Of a stretch of 64,000 nt of DNA, positions 49,281 to 59,592 are shown in pieces. The first letter of the stretch is position 1. The number at the start of each line of letters is the position of its first letter. The notes beneath the pieces were generated by a model. It worked only from the letters and a program-made list of their open reading frames with translations. It was not told the origin of the DNA and searched no databases. The position numbers were made by a program, and so were the translations under genes. The DNA comes from Bacillota bacterium. GTDB taxonomy: Bacteria > Bacillota > SHA-98 > Ch115. The stretch is from assembly GCA_013178415.1 (NCBI GenBank), contig JABLXA010000001.1:33445-97444 (forward strand). Direction: 5' to 3'.

Positions 49281-50018
49281 ATGCACTTCTGGGAAGGCCA
49301 GGAGGAATTGTCCGCTGTCCAGTGGGTAGCACGGGCAGTGGTTTTCTATATTGTCCTTTTCCTTACCGCGCGGGCTATGGGGCAAAGGTCCATAGCTAAT
49401 CTCAGGCTGGTGGATTTCATAACTGCCATCGTCATAGGCAATCCGATAGCTCACCCTCTTTCAGACAGCCGGCTCCCATTTTCCGGAGCGCTTCTGGCTC
49501 TTGCGATCTTCGCGCTTTTTCATTTTTTGCTTGCCTGGCTTTCAACCCTCAAGCGGGGATTTCGCGTGCTAATAGAATCAAAGCCGATACAGCTCATCGA
49601 AAATGGGCGGATACTGCCTGAAGGCCTGGCAAAGGCCAGGATCAATCATGATATCCTTTTATCCGAACTCAGGCTCAACAGCGTAGCCGGCCCGGAAGAG
49701 GTGGCCATGGCGGCCCTCGAGCCCAACGGCCGTATAAGCGTAATCAAGAAGGGGGCAAACCGCCCTGCGACACCGGAAGATTTGAGGATAGCTGTGCCAG
49801 AGGTGAAACTGCCTGTCATCCTGATTGAGAATGGAGTTACCATCGAGGAAAATCTCCGGCTCCTGGGACTTTCAAAGGAAATTCTGACGCAAATGCTAGT
49901 ATCTCTCGGTGTCAATGATCCGGGTGAACTGTTCCTCGCATACCTGGACTCTGAGCGACGGGCGCATGTGATACGAAAACCTGCCGGCGGCAATTCATCC
50001 AGTTTGTGTAAAATCTAA
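49281..50018 (+). CDS. YetF/DUF421-family membrane protein. The start is at the ATG at 49281; the six-frame ORF opens at a GTG at 49026.
   Basis: Two to three N-terminal TM helices (VVFYIVLFLTARAMGQRSIANLRLVDFITAIVIGN) plus the DUF421 C-terminal domain. About 245 aa fits the family. Confidence 0.65.
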   Translation: MHFWEGQEELSAVQWVARAVVFYIVLFLTARAMGQRSIANLRLVDFITAIVIGNPIAHPLSDSRLPFSGALLALAIFALFHFLLAWLSTLKRGFRVLIESKPIQLIENGRILPEGLAKARINHDILLSELRLNSVAGPEEVAMAALEPNGRISVIKKGANRPATPEDLRIAVPEVKLPVILIENGVTIEENLRLLGLSKEILTQMLVSLGVNDPGELFLAYLDSERRAHVIRKPAGGNSSSLCKI

Positions 50019-50193
50019 TGGGGACAGGAAACGTTCGTGTAAAACTTAATGGGGCAGGAAACCGAGGTATTGATGGACTTCGCAAGGTCGGCTATGATGA
50101 ATATAGATTTGCTCGTGCAAGTATCTATCGTTTCAAATCGTAAGGTCTTTTTGGTGCTTCGCATCATAAAAACTATGTTATTACCTTGTAGAG

Positions 50194-50973
50194 GTGTTAC
50201 CGGTGGAGGGCTGGGGATTATTTGTCACATCATTTTTGGTAGGCTTATCCGGAGCTGTGATGCCGGGACCGCTCGTAACAGTCGCGATAGCCGGAGTCGG
50301 GCGATTGGGCGGTCTTTCGGGGCTTGTAGCATCAGCGGGGCATGGGATTCCGGAGGCGTTTCTAGTTGTTGCGCTGGCCTTGGGTTTTGGCGGCGTGCTG
50401 CGGATCCCTCTGGTCACCGGTTTGATTGCAGTAATTGGCGGAGTGGTCTTGGCCTGGATGGCTATTGGGATGTTTCGCTCTGCCGCGACTGTTGAAATCG
50501 CAACTGCTGCCGAGGCCGAAGGGCCCGCCAAGGAGGGTGGACATGATGCGATTGGCGGGAGCGCTACGGCTGGCAGACATGCTGCGTCTAATGTGTGCGT
50601 TGTGGCCGATACGCGCATCCCTCAAGGCATTATCAGGGCAATGAAAATCCCGCGACCGAGGGCGGCTTTCCCGACGATGGCCGCAGGAGCGGCGGCAAGT
50701 GTCTCTAATCCTTACTGGATCCTCTGGTGGACCACCATAGGCGCTACCTATGTCTCACAGGCACTTGGCTCTGGGTGGGCAGGAGTTGGATTCTTCTTTG
50801 GCGGTCATATCCTATCAGATATACTGTGGCTTACCTTCGTCAGCAGCGCCATTGCAGTGGGGAGTAGTTTTCTGACCCGCAATTTCTACACGCGGCTCAT
50901 ACAGGTCCTGGCGAGCCTGCTATTTCTGATGGCTATCTATTTTTTGTTCACGGGAGTAAAAGCGCTGTTTTAG
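50194..50973 (+). CDS. LysE/RhtB-family amino-acid exporter (GTG start).
   Basis: N-terminus LFVTSFLVGLSGAVMPGPLVTVAIAG; 6 TM with a central cytoplasmic loop; about 259 aa. Confidence 0.6.
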   Translation: MLPVEGWGLFVTSFLVGLSGAVMPGPLVTVAIAGVGRLGGLSGLVASAGHGIPEAFLVVALALGFGGVLRIPLVTGLIAVIGGVVLAWMAIGMFRSAATVEIATAAEAEGPAKEGGHDAIGGSATAGRHAASNVCVVADTRIPQGIIRAMKIPRPRAAFPTMAAGAAASVSNPYWILWWTTIGATYVSQALGSGWAGVGFFFGGHILSDILWLTFVSSAIAVGSSFLTRNFYTRLIQVLASLLFLMAIYFLFTGVKALF

Positions 50974-51344
50974 TTTCGAACAGCTATAGATTGCCAAGTC
51001 CAGAATTGAAAGATAACCTAGCTATGTCACCACGCGGTTGCCGGGCGCGCCGCACACTGTTAGCTCATAATTTCTAAGTTCGAGCTTGGTCATCTATAGC
51101 TGCCAATGGCGCAGGGGCGGTGCCATCAGAATCATGAGAATGGCGGTGGCCAATCTTCGGGGGTAGGTCCTCATACTGCTACGCCAGCATTACCAGAATG
51201 ATGAAAACCGGGGCGGCTCATTTTCTAGGTGGCTTTCGATTGAAGATAGATGACTTGGAAAGAGAAAATACTTTCTCCCGGCAGGATTTCATATATCAAT
51301 ATCGAATTGAATTATTGAGATGCCGTTGGAGCGGTCCAATAAAA

Positions 51345-51356
51345 GGACAATTGTCC
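51345..51356. promoter_or_regulatory. 12-bp perfect palindrome GGACAATTGTCC, 40 nt upstream of the LacI-family regulator gene (candidate autoregulatory operator).
   Basis: Seen directly in the sequence. Confidence 0.3.
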
Positions 51357-51394
51357 AAAGTGCAGGGATGATGGGTTAAGAGAGGGCATCACTG

Positions 51395-52423
51395 ATGGGA
51401 AGAAAACCTACATTGCGTGATATAGCCTCAGCTGCCTCGGTTTCCAAGTCGACGGTGTCCCTGGTCCTTCAAAATAGCCCTAAGGTGGCCCCCGAGACAC
51501 GGGCAAGGGTTCGTGAAATGTTGAACCGGTTTAATTACTTTCCCAATGCAAGTGCCAAGAATCTGGCCAGAGGGAAGACCAGGATCATAGGGCTCGCCAC
51601 CAGATTCTTCAGGCATGAATTCATAGAACAGAGTTATTTTGGCGAGCTCCTGGGCGGGTTACTCGATGTCCTCGGCGGGTTGAATTACCACCTGATGCTT
51701 TACAATATGAATATGCCATTTGAGTTGAATACAGACGGGATCATTTTCGTCGGGGTCAACATCGACGATCCTTTCTGTCAGGATGTGCGCCGGGCGCCTA
51801 TCCCTATTGTGTTCGCTAATAGGCGTGCTGCGAATTCGGATATAAATTATGTGACGACCGATTTCGTAGGTGGGGGTATTATCGCCACGAGACACCTTTT
51901 AGAGCTTGGGCATAGGCACATTGCTTACATATCCGGCCCTACGGAGCATCCTCCTCAGGCCGATAGGCTCCGGGGTTACAGAATGGCGCTAGACGCAGCC
52001 GGCGTGCGGGTTGACGATAGCTTAATTGTAATAGAGCCCGCTGGGGGCGAACAATTTGGTTATCATGCTGCGGAATTCCTGACAAGCCTTTCTCCTCCCC
52101 CGACAGCTATCTTCGTTGCAACCCAGGATATGGCCCTAGGGGTTTTACGCTGTCTCAAAGATAAAGGATGGAAGATCCCGGACGACATATCCATTGTATG
52201 TTTCGATGACAGCAAGACTTTCTCGGAAATTGATCCCCCTCTTACGGTCATTCGCCAGCCCAGTCATGAAATTGGAGTACGATGCGCTCAGATGATGATC
52301 CGGCTCATCGAGGGCGGGAAGGTCAGGGATAATCAAATTCTGCTGCCCGCGGAGCTGGTCGTTAGGAAATCATGCGAAAGGAGGGAGGGGGGTGCGAGGA
52401 GCTCATATAGCTTATTTGATTAG
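51395..52423 (+). CDS. LacI-family transcriptional regulator.
   Basis: N-terminal HTH (PTLRDIASAASVSKSTVSLVLQNSPKVAPETRARV) plus a periplasmic-binding-protein-like sugar-binding core. Confidence 0.85.
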   Translation: MGRKPTLRDIASAASVSKSTVSLVLQNSPKVAPETRARVREMLNRFNYFPNASAKNLARGKTRIIGLATRFFRHEFIEQSYFGELLGGLLDVLGGLNYHLMLYNMNMPFELNTDGIIFVGVNIDDPFCQDVRRAPIPIVFANRRAANSDINYVTTDFVGGGIIATRHLLELGHRHIAYISGPTEHPPQADRLRGYRMALDAAGVRVDDSLIVIEPAGGEQFGYHAAEFLTSLSPPPTAIFVATQDMALGVLRCLKDKGWKIPDDISIVCFDDSKTFSEIDPPLTVIRQPSHEIGVRCAQMMIRLIEGGKVRDNQILLPAELVVRKSCERREGGARSSYSLFD

Positions 52424-52506
52424 TGAGGGTCGGGATCCACAATTCGTAATCTTTGCGATCCTGAGGAGGGAATCTGGTAGAACACAAATAATCTGGTAGA
52501 ACACAA

Positions 52507-53574
52507 ATGACTCTGGAGGTGGCCGTCATGGGCGGAGATCACGACTCACCAATTCGCGTAGGCATAGCGGGCCTTGGCCGTAGCGGCTGGGACATTCATG
52601 CCAAAATGCTGGGGAACATGGGGGATAAATTCAGGATTGTGGCAGTAACTGATAAGGAGACCTCGCGCCTGAAGGAAGCAGAGGAAACGCTGGGCTGTCG
52701 GGCATATGGCCAATATGAGGAACTTTTGGGTGATGCGGAAGTAGAATTGGTCATAGTAGCTATGCCCAGCCATCTTCATGCCCCATATTCTATCGCAGCC
52801 CTTCGCGCCGGGAAGGCGGTGCTTTGTGAAAAGCCGATGGCTCCCAGCCTTAAAGAAGCTGATGAAATGATCAGTGTATCTAAGGAGACGGGGCGACTTC
52901 TCACAGTGTTTCAGAATCGACGGTATTCAAAGGATTTTGTAAAGGTACGCGAGGTAATCAGTTCCGGCAGGCTGGGTCGCATTGTCCAGATCCGCATCGC
53001 TCTCAACGGCTTTGGTCGTCGATGGGACTGGCAGACCCTAAAAGAATTTGGCGGAGGCACCCTCAACAATAATGGTATTCATCTCATAGACAGGGCGATG
53101 GTTCTTATCGATGAGAAGGAACCTGAGATATTTTGTCATCTTGACAGGGCCCTGACCCTGGGAGACGCAGATGATCATGTAAAGGTGATTTTGAAGGCCC
53201 CTGGGGAGCCTTTGGTCGACATAGAATTAACAAGCGCTTGCGCCTATCCAACCGAAAACTGGCTCGTGATGGGGACACAGGGGACATTGATCGGCACAGC
53301 AACCGAACTTAGGTGGAAATACATAGATCCAGCTGAACTCCCGCACAGGGAAGTGGATCGAAAGCCTACGCCGGACAGGAGTTACAATAGAGAGGATCTT
53401 CACTGGTATGAAGAAACATGGAGCGCGGCAGATGATCCTGGAATGGGTGAGGCTGCTTTTTATGTCGACCTGTATAATACGATCCGTAAAGGCGCTCCGC
53501 TCGCTGTAACCCCGGAGAGTGTTCGTAAGAGAATAGCTTTACTGCAACGGTGCCATGAGATATCCGGTCTATAG
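52507..53574 (+). CDS. Gfo/Idh/MocA-family NAD(P)-dependent oxidoreductase.
   Basis: Rossmann motif IRVGIAGLGRSGWDIH, and the EKP motif (AVLCEKPMAP). Confidence 0.85.
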   Translation: MTLEVAVMGGDHDSPIRVGIAGLGRSGWDIHAKMLGNMGDKFRIVAVTDKETSRLKEAEETLGCRAYGQYEELLGDAEVELVIVAMPSHLHAPYSIAALRAGKAVLCEKPMAPSLKEADEMISVSKETGRLLTVFQNRRYSKDFVKVREVISSGRLGRIVQIRIALNGFGRRWDWQTLKEFGGGTLNNNGIHLIDRAMVLIDEKEPEIFCHLDRALTLGDADDHVKVILKAPGEPLVDIELTSACAYPTENWLVMGTQGTLIGTATELRWKYIDPAELPHREVDRKPTPDRSYNREDLHWYEETWSAADDPGMGEAAFYVDLYNTIRKGAPLAVTPESVRKRIALLQRCHEISGL

Positions 53575-53586
53575 GAGGGAATTCCA

Positions 53587-54423
53587 TTGAATTTATCTAT
53601 CTGCCACTATAGTTTCCACAGGCGCTGGAAAGAGGAAAACTGGACTCCTGAGAGGCTATGCGAGGAGGTAAAGGCTCTAGGGATCGGAGCCGTGGATTTC
53701 CATGCAGGCTTGCTTGGTCAGATCGAAGGCGCAGTTGATAATATCAAAGCTGCGCTTTCAAAGACAGGACTCGCTCTGTCAGGGCTCTCCCTTTCCACTA
53801 ATTTCAACCTTGATGATCCCGGTGCGTATCAGGATATGGTGAATAATACGATTGCATGGATGCGTGCGGCATCTGAGTTGGGTGCTCCGGTATCGAGGAT
53901 CTTCGGTGGCGCCCTTAAGAACAGGCTTGAAGTCGATGAAGGGACCAAGAAGGGCATCTTCCAGCGTGTAATTGATGCCCTCGGAAGACTTGCCCATGAG
54001 GCAGAGAGACTCGGGCTTGTGTTGGCGCTCGAAAATCATGGAGGGCTTCCATGTACAGGCGAGGAGCAGGTCGAAATGATAGAGAAGGTAGGGTCCAAGT
54101 ATCTTCGCGCCACTATCGACGTAGGAAATTACATGGCGGGTGGCCAGGAGGCGGTAGAAGGCACAAGGATAGCCGCCAAGTACTGTGCCTATGTTCACTT
54201 TAAGGATTTCAAGAAATGCCCGGACCCTTCGCTTCCATGGGGATGGGGCATCCAAGCGTGCACCGTGGGAAAGGGCGATGTGGATCATCTCGGCTGCCTC
54301 AGGGAACTCAAAGCCGCGGGCTACGACGGGTATATTGCCCTTGAGTATGAAGGCCCCGACGATGAGAAGATAGGGGTGCCGGAGAGTATCGAGTTTATGA
54401 AGGCTGTTGCGAGCAAAGTCTGA
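53587..54423 (+). CDS. Sugar phosphate isomerase/epimerase (xylose-isomerase-like TIM barrel).
   Basis: 278 aa with the AP_endonuc_2-like pattern (ALENHGG..., IDVGNY..., HFKD). Confidence 0.8.
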   Translation: MNLSICHYSFHRRWKEENWTPERLCEEVKALGIGAVDFHAGLLGQIEGAVDNIKAALSKTGLALSGLSLSTNFNLDDPGAYQDMVNNTIAWMRAASELGAPVSRIFGGALKNRLEVDEGTKKGIFQRVIDALGRLAHEAERLGLVLALENHGGLPCTGEEQVEMIEKVGSKYLRATIDVGNYMAGGQEAVEGTRIAAKYCAYVHFKDFKKCPDPSLPWGWGIQACTVGKGDVDHLGCLRELKAAGYDGYIALEYEGPDDEKIGVPESIEFMKAVASKV

Positions 54424-54851
54424 GCCCGCCCAATTACCTCCTGAGCCCGGGATTCATCCTCAGCGTAAGCAGGATGGATCCCGGGTTGCACTATGATTAT
54501 GTCTGCATCGGGCACAGACTTCGCTCGCCTACCTCCGTGGTGGGATAGATCGCATCAGCCCGTGGAGCTCCTGCGGCAAAGGTCAATGCTGCCTGGATGG
54601 CTTCACGCATCAGCATTGCATTCTGAACATATTGACATATTCAAAACCTTGAAAGGCAAGGTTACGTCAAAGTCATGACCAGAATTCGGGAGAGAAATGA
54701 AGCAATGATCTGCATGAGCCAGTTGAAGAGTAGAAAAGGCCATCTTTCAACCTGTCATCTAGGAATTTCGGCCAATTAGGGCATGACAAACCAAGCCTGC
54801 ATTAGGTGTTTTTATGCAGACCTTCGAGGGAAGGGCCCGGTATGGTTAGGC

Positions 54852-55591
54852 TTATAACCCGATAAGCCCCAGGGCACGGCGAGGGTCTCGAGCATGATAG
54901 CGAATCGCTTTAGCTATACTGGTATATCCCCGGAGACGAAACAGGCTGATGGCAAGATTCTGCAATGTAGCCATGGCCCGCGGGCCCGAGCCTATACGTA
55001 CCTGGGAGCGATCCTCATCCAAAGTGACATCTCGCACCCAGTGTAGACGGTCCTCAATTTCCTATTGACCCCGTGTGAGGGTTAAAAGCCGATTTGGGCT
55101 GGCCTTCTCTGGAGAGAGGTTTGTCACACCATAGGCTATTTTATGCCGGAGGAGTTCCCCACGTAGATCGGTTGTGATCCTTTCAATCCGGAAGACCTGG
55201 GCGAGGTATGGAAAATTAAGATAATCATTTGGTGCTATGCTGGTTTGGACCTTTGAGCAATAGTTGCCCATGCAGATATTCTAGCAGACTATGCGAAAAA
55301 ACGTCAGAGCCTTTATGAGAATCTCATAAGTCGCGGCTCAACAGGGACTTTGACGTTGTTCTGGGGAGTAGACCCAGTGCTATTGTCCATTTCTTCTTGG
55401 GCCTTCCCAGCCTTCGCCGTCCACTCAGCGGCTCGGCACTCCCAATCCCCACCCCCAGCTTCAGGTGGGCCAGTGTGTCGATGCTGCAAGATTCGCTTTA
55501 TGCTATGGCCTTCGAGGTTGCTCGGCCCCTGTGCCAGTCCTACCTCGAAGGAGAGGAGCGTTTTCCTTTGAGCCTTCTCCTTGCCGGTCAC
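54852..55591 (-). pseudogene. ISAs1-like (IS4-superfamily) DDE transposase C-terminal region, broken into 3 ORFs by an in-frame stop and frameshifts.
   Basis: The fragments read ...RLLTLTRGQ*EIEDRLHWVRDVTLDEDRSQVRIGSGPRAMATLQNLAISLFRL, matching the ISAs1 tail (RGHWxIEN-LHWxxDVxFxEDxSRxR...NLALSLLR). Confidence 0.5.
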
Positions 55592-55901
55592 CCAAGCAAG
55601 AAGTCAAGGGTTGCTATGCGGCCATATGAGCAATAACCGCGACCGGACTTTCACCGGCAAGATTGTCAAGGTTACAGGCTGCACGAGCTAGAATGCCTGA
55701 CAGATACTGGGAAACATCAACGGTCTCACGGATTTATACTTAGTGGCCAATTCCCGGGTCACGGCCTGCTTTTCGCGCAGAATGAGTGGCATATGCTGTT
55801 CACCCTTTCCTAACAGGTACTCAAGGGTTCTAGGCATACATCGCTCACTCCTTTCATGCACATTTTTGATATGAGGCAATGAAGCGGTTTCAAGCACATT
55901 T

Positions 55902-56132
55902 TTGATGAGGCAATTCGCGGAAAGCCTCGGGTATCCGTATACCTTCCATAGCCTGCGGCACTTTCACGCATCCGCATTGATCAAAGCCGGTGTCCCCATT
56001 AAAGTCATAAGCGAAAGGTTAGGCCATAGCTCAATATCCGTCACCATGGACATATACGGCCATCTGCTCCCGGGAATGCAAAAGGAGGCCGCGGAGGCAT
56101 TTGAGGAACTGCTGTCAAAAAGTGGCTCGTGA
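55902..56132 (+). pseudogene. Tyrosine recombinase (phage-type integrase), C-terminal 76-aa fragment.
   Basis: HSLRHFHASALIKAGVPIKVISERLGHSSISVTMDIYGHL is the R-H-R-Y catalytic-domain tail. No upstream coding region in frame. A 20-22-nt direct duplication (CACATTTTTGAT(AT)GAGGCAAT) sits at its 5' edge. Confidence 0.55.
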
Positions 56133-56212
56133 CCATTCTGTGACCGTCTCGAGTTCCAAACACAAAACGGCAGGTATTCCCAGTCCGGAAAGCCTTGCCG
56201 TTGTTATATTCT

Positions 56213-56288
56213 TGGAGCCGACGACCGGGATCGAACCGGTGACCTGCGCATTACGAGTGCGCCGCTCTGCCTGCTGAGCTACGTCGGC
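56213..56288 (-). tRNA. tRNA-Thr (anticodon CGT).
   Basis: Manual cloverleaf: acceptor GCCGACG/CGTCGGC, D-arm GCTC-AGCAGGCA-GAGC, anticodon arm GCGCA-CTCGTAA-TGCGC, T-arm ACCGG-TTCGATC-CCGGT, CCA encoded. Confidence 0.8.
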
Positions 56289-56314
56289 ATTGTGATCGTG
56301 CGGGCCCATAAATA

Positions 56315-56389
56315 TGGAGCGGATGACGGGATTCGAACCCGCGGCCCTCGGCTTGGGAAGCCGATGTTCTACCACTAAACTACATCCGC
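56315..56389 (-). tRNA. tRNA-Gly (anticodon CCC).
   Basis: Manual fold: acceptor GCGGATG/CATCCGC, anticodon arm TCGGC-TTCCCAA-GCCGA, T-loop TTCGAAT, CCA encoded. Confidence 0.7.
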
Positions 56390-56556
56390 TCAAACGAGGA
56401 AACCCTTTTTTACTCAAATATATTCTACCTTGAAGTCAGGAATTTTGCAACCCCTTTTTTCCATGTAAGTCAACGATCTGACGGGAAATCAACCCGGCCT
56501 TTCGGGGTATATTACCATAATAGAGGTAAAGTTCTCGTGAGATCGGGGGTTATAGG

Positions 56557-57498
56557 ATGGCTAAAGGCCAAAAGAGTTTTTCAGACTATGGGAATAGGTG
56601 CATCATTCCATCCATTTCGCGTTCTGTCACGGCATTCATTGTGTTCTTAATCTCATTGCTGGGTCTATCTTTGGGGACCTTCACATCATGGGAGATGGGG
56701 ATTTTAAGAATAAATATCGGGTCGACCTGGAGCTCCGCATTTATATGCCGTGCACAGACCCCCCTGGGGAGTCGCGAGCTATCATATGGATCGCGGGGGG
56801 ATGATGTGCTTGAGTTGCAATATCGCTTGAATTTGTTGGGTTTCTATATTAAGGTGCTTGATGGAATATATGGAAATGAAACCCTCAGGGCGGTATTGGA
56901 ATTTCAGGCTGCGGCGAATCTATCAAGGACCGGAAAAGTGGATGCATCTACCGCCCAGGCCATACTATCAGGAAAGGTGAAGAAAGGCACGGGACTTCAA
57001 GAGGTTTCCCAAGATTATAGAACAGAGAAACCTCCAGCGCCAAAGCAGACTCCCAGACCGTCGGAGTCCAAAACGCCAACATCTAAAACTACGCCGCGCG
57101 AAAAGCAGGTCACAAAGAACCAAGCCGCTGGACCTAAAACCCTCAGTTCCGCGCCGGCAGCGAAGAGACAGGACATCGCGCACGTGGTGAAGAAGGGCGA
57201 GTGCCTGTCCATCCTGGGGGAAAGGTATAATGTGTCAGTAAAGGAGATAATGAAGCTAAATGGCTTACAAAATACAATAATATACATTGGCCAGAGACTT
57301 ACAATACCTGCCGGGTCTGGTGTGGCCAAGGGAAAAGACGCTCATAAGAACATAGAATATTTAGTGAAAGATGGTGATTGCCTTTCTACCATCGCAGCTA
57401 GCTTTAAAATCACTATCTCCAATATCATCAGGGCAAACAATATAAAAGATCCAGATTTCATCAGGGCCGGTCAGACTCTTACAATTCCCCTGAGCTAG
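56557..57498 (+). CDS. Peptidoglycan-binding protein: N-terminal TM, a PG_binding_1 domain, a Pro/Thr/Lys-rich linker, and two LysM domains.
   Basis: PG-binding motif GDDVLELQYRLNLLGFY...DGIYGNETLRAVLEFQ. Two LysM repeats (HVVKKGECLSILGERYNVSVKEIMKLNGL...GQRLTIP and YLVKDGDCLSTIAASFKITISNIIRANNI...GQTLTIP). Confidence 0.75.
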   Translation: MAKGQKSFSDYGNRCIIPSISRSVTAFIVFLISLLGLSLGTFTSWEMGILRINIGSTWSSAFICRAQTPLGSRELSYGSRGDDVLELQYRLNLLGFYIKVLDGIYGNETLRAVLEFQAAANLSRTGKVDASTAQAILSGKVKKGTGLQEVSQDYRTEKPPAPKQTPRPSESKTPTSKTTPREKQVTKNQAAGPKTLSSAPAAKRQDIAHVVKKGECLSILGERYNVSVKEIMKLNGLQNTIIYIGQRLTIPAGSGVAKGKDAHKNIEYLVKDGDCLSTIAASFKITISNIIRANNIKDPDFIRAGQTLTIPLS

Positions 57499-57524
57499 TT
57501 CTTGACGGGTCATGGTCGAATCTA

Positions 57525-57645
57525 GATGATGGGCCGGGCCTGAACCCGCGGGACCTTTGGCACCGATGGGGTGGCGACCAGTGAGATGACGGGCCTAACC
57601 TGAGCCTCCGGGACCTCTAGCGCTAGTGGATGGCGGCCAGTGACT
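57525..57645. repeat. Tandem duplication of a ~60-nt unit immediately after the LysM gene (GATGATGGGCCGGGCCTGAACCCGCGGGACCTTTGGCACCGATGGGGTGGCGACCAGTGA, followed by a diverged second copy).
   Basis: Seen directly; the two units are about 75% identical. Confidence 0.4.
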
Positions 57646-57736
57646 GGGCTATGCTCAAAGCAGAGTAGGCATGGTATAATTTTATTGAAGGATCTTTTGG
57701 GATGTTATACATGATTGTAGATGGGGGGGAGCGGCC

Positions 57737-58600
57737 ATGGAGGTCACCAATCGATATCTTAATTCCTTGTCCGAGGCGGACCTGGATTTTATCATACGCA
57801 CAGTCGTCACAAAGCGGAGCGATTATGACGAAATCCGCGGAATCGTCAAGGGCAAGGGCGACCTCATCGACATCATGCTGGATGACGAAAGGCTATTCCG
57901 GGCAGTTATGGCCGATGATGACATCTTTCTAAAACTTTCACCATTTCTACTATTTATCATCTTGCTAAGGAAAGTGTACCGGGATCTCAAGGAGACGACC
58001 TTTACGATAGAACCCGTTGGCAAGAAGGAACGTCTTCCAGTCTTTGATGCGCCACAAGTGGTAGAGTTGCTAGGTGATAAGGATATCTGCACCTATCTGG
58101 CCGATATGCTGAGCTCATTTACGAAGGTAGGCACGACAACTCTATATTTCAAGAACGGTCCGACTCTTTCGAAGCGGGTTTTCAATGATACAGATCTCGA
58201 GGATGTTGTTGACCTTTCAAATATACTGCCAGAGGATTCGCGATTCAGCCTGTATAAGAGAGCCGCAGATATCTGTTTATTTCTGACTGGCGTCTTTCCC
58301 GACTATATATTCTCCAAGGAAGAGGAAGGGAATGGACTCCCAAAGAATAAAGAGCCTGGAAACGGTCAAGGCGGCCTCGAAGCTTATGAAAAGCAAGGAC
58401 AGATGTTCTATCGGCAGGCGGCCTTGCATAAGGTGGCCAAAGCCGTTGGGCTGGACCGTGTCTTGCTGACTCTGTCGGAGAAATTCATTCTTGCGCGAAA
58501 GCCTCTCACCATAATTGCGGATAGATATATGGGGGCAAAAAGGGATCAATGGTTCAACCAGTGGGCCCAGTCACCGACAAGTCCGGGGTTTGGCGCCTGA
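57737..58600 (+). CDS. Hypothetical protein (287 aa), unknown family.
   Basis: Long ORF with good coding-like composition, no TM helix, no recognisable motif. Confidence 0.5.
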   Translation: MEVTNRYLNSLSEADLDFIIRTVVTKRSDYDEIRGIVKGKGDLIDIMLDDERLFRAVMADDDIFLKLSPFLLFIILLRKVYRDLKETTFTIEPVGKKERLPVFDAPQVVELLGDKDICTYLADMLSSFTKVGTTTLYFKNGPTLSKRVFNDTDLEDVVDLSNILPEDSRFSLYKRAADICLFLTGVFPDYIFSKEEEGNGLPKNKEPGNGQGGLEAYEKQGQMFYRQAALHKVAKAVGLDRVLLTLSEKFILARKPLTIIADRYMGAKRDQWFNQWAQSPTSPGFGA

Positions 58601-58829
58601 TAAATGCTCTGCTGCGGATTACATCCGCTCAAAGGCAAGAGAAGCCGGAGTACGATTAAAGCCTGGGCGATGAAAAGAAAAAACAGGAATTGACTACAAA
58701 TCCCACAATGATTATTAAATTCGGTCTCTTAAGTAGCCTGCCACTTAGCGGGTAATCCGAACCGGTGGGATTGTAGTGGTAGTTTAGATCTTGCGATACC
58801 CTCTTGGGGCCTCAAGCCCTTGATATTGT

Positions 58830-58905
58830 TGGTGGGCGAAACAGGACTTGAACCTGTGACCTCCTAGATGTGAACCAGGCGCTCTGCCAGCTGAGCTATT
58901 CGCCC
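58830..58905 (-). tRNA. tRNA-Val (anticodon CAC).
   Basis: Manual fold: acceptor GGGCGAA/TTCGCCC, D-arm GCTC-AGCTGGCA-GAGC, anticodon arm CCTGG-TTCACAT-CTAGG, T-arm ACAGG-TTCAAGT-CCTGT, discriminator A, CCA encoded. Confidence 0.75.
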
Positions 58906-59256
58906 ACGACTTCCGTGACGATTTTATTTTACCTTATATGCTCCAAAGCGTCAAGCGCCGTTTTGAAATTGCGGGCGCCATCCAATATACTTAAAATTGC
59001 CTCGAGGCTGGTTGTTGAACCGGTGCTTGCTGGCATAGAGACCTCAACCTCCGTCGAGGGAAGTTCGAGGTCTCTATATTTGTCCATCAAGACCCCGGTT
59101 TCCTGCCCCATGATGGATAGGCGGGCAGGACCTCTCGCAGGAAACCTCTTCAGGGTGTCTTTTGGCAACGAAAAGAAGGGCCATGAATATTTGATGCAGC
59201 GGTGGTCAAGATATAGGTGTAGTGGCTAATAATCAGCTTTTGGGGGTGAAAACTAA

Positions 59257-59592
59257 GTGGGCGATTGGGTCCGTCACCTTGTTAGGTTTGTGGTTTCAGC
59301 TTTGGTTCTTATGTTTGTAGGGCTTATCGTGCCAGGCTTTAGTACGTTGAGTTTCCTTAACGCCCTGATTGCAGCGGCTGTCATCACGATAGTCGGCTAT
59401 GTGATCGAGGCGGTGATTGGCAGGAATGTTTCGCCCTACGGGAGAGGAATCGTGGGATTCCTGGTTTCTGCGGCCGTGATCTATGCTGCTCAATTCGTGG
59501 TGCCCACGATGCGCGTGACGGTCTTAGGCGCTTTGATAGCGGCGTTCGTCATCGGGTTGATCGATATGTTCATTCCTACCACACTTCGCTGA
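59257..59592 (+). CDS. Small 4-TM membrane protein, phage-holin-4_2 (DUF360)-like.
   Basis: 111 aa with four hydrophobic helices, and a LNALIAAAVITIVGYVIEAVIG pattern that resembles the DUF360 family. Confidence 0.45.
   Translation: MGDWVRHLVRFVVSALVLMFVGLIVPGFSTLSFLNALIAAAVITIVGYVIEAVIGRNVSPYGRGIVGFLVSAAVIYAAQFVVPTMRVTVLGALIAAFVIGLIDMFIPTTLR

Noticed and set aside
56115-56417. 100-aa minus-strand ORF spanning tRNA-Thr and tRNA-Gly, and a 119-aa ORF (58870-59229) overlapping tRNA-Val
   Set aside because: These ORFs are read through tRNA genes whose cloverleafs and anticodons are clear. They are spurious.
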